DNA from: an uncultured Candidatus Saccharibacteria bacterium
GTDB taxonomy: Bacteria > Patescibacteriota > Minisyncoccia > Phycocordibacterales > UBA1006
NCBI GenBank assembly: GCA_964425795.1
Contig: CAYRNU010000001.1
Coordinates: forward strand, 1 to 29,533
Length of the DNA stretch: 29,533 nt
Direction: 5' to 3'
Positions 26,893 to 29,533 of this stretch are shown here, piece by piece. How positions within the stretch are numbered: the first letter of the stretch is position 1; every line of letters begins with the position of its first letter. A program made the position numbers and the translations under genes. The notes under the pieces were generated by a model that was given only the letters and a program-made list of their open reading frames with translations, was not told where the DNA came from and did no database searches.

Positions 26893-27129
26893 TCATTTCT
26901 TCAACTTACTTGGATCAAATGTTGCTTTGCTTAGTGTCTTCTCTAAAGATTCAAATGCAGCGGCACCCATGAAAACTTGATCTGGTTTTCCGCCACTGTA
27001 CATTCCAACTTCAAGTGCTTCCATCAAATCAAGAATCATATCCTCACTAGAGAATTCTGCACTCTTAATTCCGAGCTTCTTCACGAAGTGTTTAAGTTTT
27101 CTGTATTGCTTTTTACTCTCAATGTTCAT
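26893..27129 (-). CDS. Micro-protein: helix motif + possible major-capsid-like segment
   Basis: RKLKHFVKKLGIKSA, then ...MYSGGKPDQVFMGAAAFESLEKTL; TATAAT 6 nt before the ATG. Confidence 0.7.
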   Translation of the reverse strand: MNIESKKQYRKLKHFVKKLGIKSAEFSSEDMILDLMEALEVGMYSGGKPDQVFMGAAAFESLEKTLSKATFDPSKLKK

Positions 27130-27141
27130 GAGAATATTATA

Positions 27142-27438
27142 CTAATTGCCGACGCCAGGGTTACGAGCTGTATACTGAGATTCCATGCGGCGAGCTGGCT
27201 TAACAACCTGCTTGATGTCTACGCGACCACCCTTTGGTACATCTCCGCCACCGAAGTCTTTCAGTGAACCTTTCTGTCCGGTATCCTTTGGCAAGTCACC
27301 GTTAAGATTGTGTTGAGTGCGAGCTGCGAAAGTAGCACTACCTGGTTTATAGTCAGACTTCGGTTGTTTCAAACCGTCACCAGTAGCTTTATGAAGCTCC
27401 CATTGTCCGCACTTATTAAACGTTAGATATTCGCTCAT
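27142..27438 (-). CDS. Small basic Gly-rich hypothetical protein (N-terminal LTFNKCGQWELHKA)
   Basis: 98 aa; TATAAT at 27445-27450, 6 nt before the ATG; lacks the family helix motif. Confidence 0.7.
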   Translation of the reverse strand: MSEYLTFNKCGQWELHKATGDGLKQPKSDYKPGSATFAARTQHNLNGDLPKDTGQKGSLKDFGGGDVPKGGRVDIKQVVKPARRMESQYTARNPGVGN

Positions 27439-27566
27439 GTAATGATTATATCATAGTCTGCATGGTACGCGGTCAAGAACGTCAAGTAGGCGTAAGGTCC
27501 AATCACTTTTAATTGAAGTAATAATAAAGCAAGGCTCTTCCTTATCTCGCGTTCCTCTTGTGTCAT
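27435..27566 (-). CDS. Micro-protein, helix-motif family (KSLALLLLQLKVIG)
   Basis: MTQEEREIRKSLALLLLQLKVIGPYAYLTFLTAYHADYDIIIT, 43 aa; ATGA overlap with 27438. Confidence 0.55.
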   Translation of the reverse strand: MTQEEREIRKSLALLLLQLKVIGPYAYLTFLTAYHADYDIIIT

Positions 27567-27577
27567 ACGTTCATTCG

Positions 27578-27688
27578 CTACACGAACTCACGTGCCTCAT
27601 CTTGGTGAACATACAAAGCTTGTTTGATTCCGAGCTTCTCTAAGAAGCTCGTTAATCTGAACGTGTTTGCCATACCCCACGGCTTCAT
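27578..27688 (-). CDS. Micro-protein, helix-motif family (RLTSFLEKLGIKQA)
   Basis: MKPWGMANTFRLTSFLEKLGIKQALYVHQDEAREFV, 36 aa; SD GGAG. Confidence 0.7.
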   Translation of the reverse strand: MKPWGMANTFRLTSFLEKLGIKQALYVHQDEAREFV

Positions 27689-27698
27689 CGTGTCTCCG

Positions 27699-27917
27699 TC
27701 ATGTTAATTCCAATTGCCAAGTTCGCCCGCTCGGCGAACTCGTCATGCTCCGGTACTCCGTTAGACGATTGTAATAAATTACATCGAGTTTCGTCAACAC
27801 TCCGATTAAGCTCTTGATGGATGCAGCCTCTTCCGGCTTATACCACCTTGACGTGTACCTCGATGCTACTACGTCCAGTCTTATATTAGATGTGGTGACT
27901 CTATGTGTGAGACTCAT
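27699..27917 (-). CDS. Micro-protein, helix-motif family (KSLIGVLTKLDVI), possible LysM-like fragment
   Basis: 72 aa; ATGA-coupled; N-terminal HRVTTSNIRLDVVASRY. Confidence 0.6.
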   Translation of the reverse strand: MSLTHRVTTSNIRLDVVASRYTSRWYKPEEAASIKSLIGVLTKLDVIYYNRLTEYRSMTSSPSGRTWQLELT

Positions 27918-28027
27918 GCAGACCTCTGTTTGACGCCGGTGGGCACGCCCAGCTTTTCCAGGAAATAGAACAACTTGTAGGTTTTATGTTTGCCCTCCAT
28001 GAGGGTCCAGAGTAGTTGACCGTTCAT
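27914..28027 (-). CDS. Micro-protein, helix-motif family (KLFYFLEKLGV)
   Basis: MNGQLLWTLMEGKHKTYKLFYFLEKLGVPTGVKQRSA, 37 aa; ATGA overlaps on both sides. Confidence 0.7.
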   Translation of the reverse strand: MNGQLLWTLMEGKHKTYKLFYFLEKLGVPTGVKQRSA

Positions 28028-28182
28028 GGTGTTGGTCTCTTTGGGGAGGAGATGTTGATGTAGAGCATGGCAGTAGACCTTTTGATTAATCCCATTTTGT
28101 ATAGCTGAAGGATGAGACGGCCTGTTGGGTTTATCTCGATTATGTATTGAGAGCCTGGGACTGAGTGGTAGCCTGGTTTCAT
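28024..28182 (-). CDS. Micro-protein, helix-motif family (RLILQLYKMGLIK)
   Basis: 52 aa from ATG 28182 after GAGGA; ATGA overlaps on both sides. Confidence 0.6.
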   Translation of the reverse strand: MKPGYHSVPGSQYIIEINPTGRLILQLYKMGLIKRSTAMLYINISSPKRPTP

Positions 28183-28334
28183 TTGTCCTCTAGTGGTAGG
28201 GTGTTCCACCCAAGTGTAGGGGTTCCAGTGTAGGAAATGAGTTGGATTACCTTAAGTTTATTTAGGAAATTATGTAGCTTGAATAGGGGAAGGTTGTCTT
28301 TTTTATATTCGAAGTGTCCGTGAGAGATTTCCAT
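28179..28334 (-). CDS. Micro-protein, helix-motif family (KLHNFLNKLKVI)
   Basis: MEISHGHFEYKKDNLPLFKLHNFLNKLKVIQLISY..., 51 aa; GGTATAAT 7 nt before the ATG. Confidence 0.65.
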   Translation of the reverse strand: MEISHGHFEYKKDNLPLFKLHNFLNKLKVIQLISYTGTPTLGWNTLPLEDK

Positions 28335-28388
28335 ATTTTATATTATACCAATAGGGGTACCGGGTTAAGGTTTGCCTATTAGGTTTAG

Positions 28389-28620
28389 AGGGTGGCGGGG
28401 CCTTTATTTAGGTTGGTAATTTGGATATAGGAGTCGGCAAAAGAATGCGATGAGAAATGTATGTTGAATGGTTAAGTGTGGGCGTGAGTCGCGATATGTG
28501 TGGCGGATGGTGGACCATTTTTTAATGCAGGTATCTTCGATTGATTGGTCCAGTGGAATATATATAAATGGTCTGAAAGGAGGAGTGCGCATGAAGAGTA
28601 TTGTACCAAGGGTGGCGGGG
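28389..28620. repeat. 12-bp GC-rich direct repeat AGGGTGGCGGGG (28389-28400, 28609-28620)
   Basis: Exact copies 220 nt apart in an otherwise AT-rich region. Confidence 0.7.
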
Positions 28621-28625
28621 GCCAC
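28404..28625 (-). CDS. Micro-protein, probable helix-motif family (FLIAFFCRLLYPNY); start uncertain
   Basis: C-terminus matches ORF 25078 (HFLARLLYSHY); alternative ATG at 28592. Confidence 0.4.
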   Translation of the reverse strand: MAPATLGTILFMRTPPFRPFIYIPLDQSIEDTCIKKWSTIRHTYRDSRPHLTIQHTFLIAFFCRLLYPNYQPK

Positions 28626-28719
28626 TTTATAGAAAAAGCTTATGTACAGAAAGAGTTGGCCGCGTGAGGCTCCCTGAAACTAGGGGTTCCCTTTTATGCT
28701 AAGGCTAGCGGGCGCCTAT

Positions 28720-28815
28720 TTCCTGAAGCTATAACATATCATAACGACGCAGCGCTGATGAAAAGCTTTGCATCGATATGAGATGATTCCTGAAACTAAC
28801 AATAAGTATAACGAC
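28720..28815 (+). promoter_or_regulatory. Two copies, 67 nt apart, of TTCCTGAARCTA-N9-ATAACGAC upstream of the first plus-strand gene
   Basis: 28721-28748 vs 28788-28815 match at 20/28; a third half-site CCTGAAACTA at 28673-28682. Confidence 0.5.
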
Positions 28816-28842
28816 AATAACAAAAATACTGGGAGGTATTGA

Positions 28843-29307
28843 ATGTCACAAGTTACACAAAAAGAAGCGGTATTCCAAGCGGTTTGCAATGTTACAGGTT
28901 TTAACGGCGAAGGCGTGTGTGAGATTACGTCTGAGCAACGCAAGCAAGTGAACGCGATCTTGTTTGAGGGTTTCAAGTCGGGCAAGATCCAAATCGAGAC
29001 GATGCCTGACGACGCTGCGCTTAAGGGATACGTGAGTGGATTGCAGTCGAATTGGTTACGCAAGGACACTCGCTTGAACGGTGGTATGAAGTATACAGCT
29101 AAGAACCCTGGTTCTCGCGCTGGTTCGTCTGACCCATCTCTGAAAGCGATGCGCGCTTTGTTGAGCACAGTTAAGACTGACGAAGAGCGTGCTGAGATCC
29201 AAGGCTTCATCGACCAACGCGTGTCTGAGTTATCGATCACTAAACAAGCTAAGACTGTTGACTTCTCTGCTCTACCTGCTGAGCTTGCTGCGAAGTTCAG
29301 CAAGTAA
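28843..29307 (+). CDS. Hypothetical protein (154 aa), first gene of the plus-strand (probably early) unit
   Basis: Strong SD GGGAGGT; biased codon usage typical of highly expressed genes; no family recognised. Confidence 0.85.
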   Translation: MSQVTQKEAVFQAVCNVTGFNGEGVCEITSEQRKQVNAILFEGFKSGKIQIETMPDDAALKGYVSGLQSNWLRKDTRLNGGMKYTAKNPGSRAGSSDPSLKAMRALLSTVKTDEERAEIQGFIDQRVSELSITKQAKTVDFSALPAELAAKFSK

Positions 29308-29333
29308 TAAAGAAGGACGAATGACCCAATCCG

Positions 29334-29360
29334 AGGCTGAGTGCATGATGCACTCGGCCT
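29334..29360 (+). terminator. 12-bp hairpin after the 154-aa gene (terminator-like or processing site)
   Basis: AGGCTGAGTGCA-TGA-TGCACTCGGCCT with one G-U pair, followed by a short T-run only. Confidence 0.45.
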
Positions 29361-29533
29361 TTACCTATTTCCACTGACACTGCTACGCTCAGCCCCACTA
29401 TGAGGCAATACCAGAACCTATAACCATACATATCCACTAGGATAACAACGGAGTCCTTTAATGCGACTGTCCGGCGGAAGCAAACGCCTAAAATATACCA
29501 GAGTCCGGCCCAGCAATGGGCTGTGACACTGCT

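Noticed and set aside
24641-28625. CRISPR mini-array, DNA repeat or DGR as the source of the shared motif
   Set aside because: The copies are synonymous-divergent at DNA level (the longest shared stretch noticed is GAAGCTCGGAAT in two ORFs). There is no regular spacing, no reverse transcriptase and no adenine-specific variation.
28716-29377. Minus-strand 195-aa ORF (28716-29303) and plus-strand 62-aa ORF (29189-29377)
   Set aside because: They are shadows of the 154-aa gene, which has a strong SD and biased codon usage.
1-29533. Stop-codon reassignment, tRNA or rRNA genes
   Set aside because: Long genes are intact under code 11, and TAA, TAG and TGA all end coupled ORFs; no cloverleaf or rRNA-like sequence was recognised.

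Overview
This window is part of a large lytic myophage genome (Caudoviricetes, contractile tail). Gene order resembles the Herelleviridae/Twort-SPO1-type morphogenesis module; that placement is inferred from synteny and motifs only. Bases 1-24075 are a minus-strand late operon: head-closure protein, Nudix-domain coiled-coil protein, neck/tail-completion proteins, free-standing HNH endonuclease, tail sheath, three tandem tail-tube paralogs, an overlapping tail-assembly-chaperone pair, tape measure, hub, spike, tube initiator, LysM-gp25 fusion, and a >2055-aa baseplate-J fusion that runs off the window and is absent from the ORF track. Bases 24.1-28.6 kb hold a dense array of about 20 tiny, mostly translationally coupled ORFs, many missed by the ORF track. 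About 18 of them share one short amphipathic helix motif, x[KR]LxxFLxKL[GKD][IV], often followed by KSA. The main discovery is that at least three of these micro-proteins fuse that motif to an ungapped 42-50% identical copy of the N-terminal segment of a virion protein encoded in this same window (sheath, tube, baseplate J). A fourth carries a capsid-like segment, and the four lie in the same order as a real morphogenesis operon. This looks like a tagged structural-protein mimic or decoy cassette; its function is inference. After a strand-switch intergenic region with GC-rich direct repeats (28.35-28.84 kb), plus-strand genes begin. No tRNA, rRNA, CRISPR array or integrase was seen. All family assignments come from manual motif recognition, not database searches.
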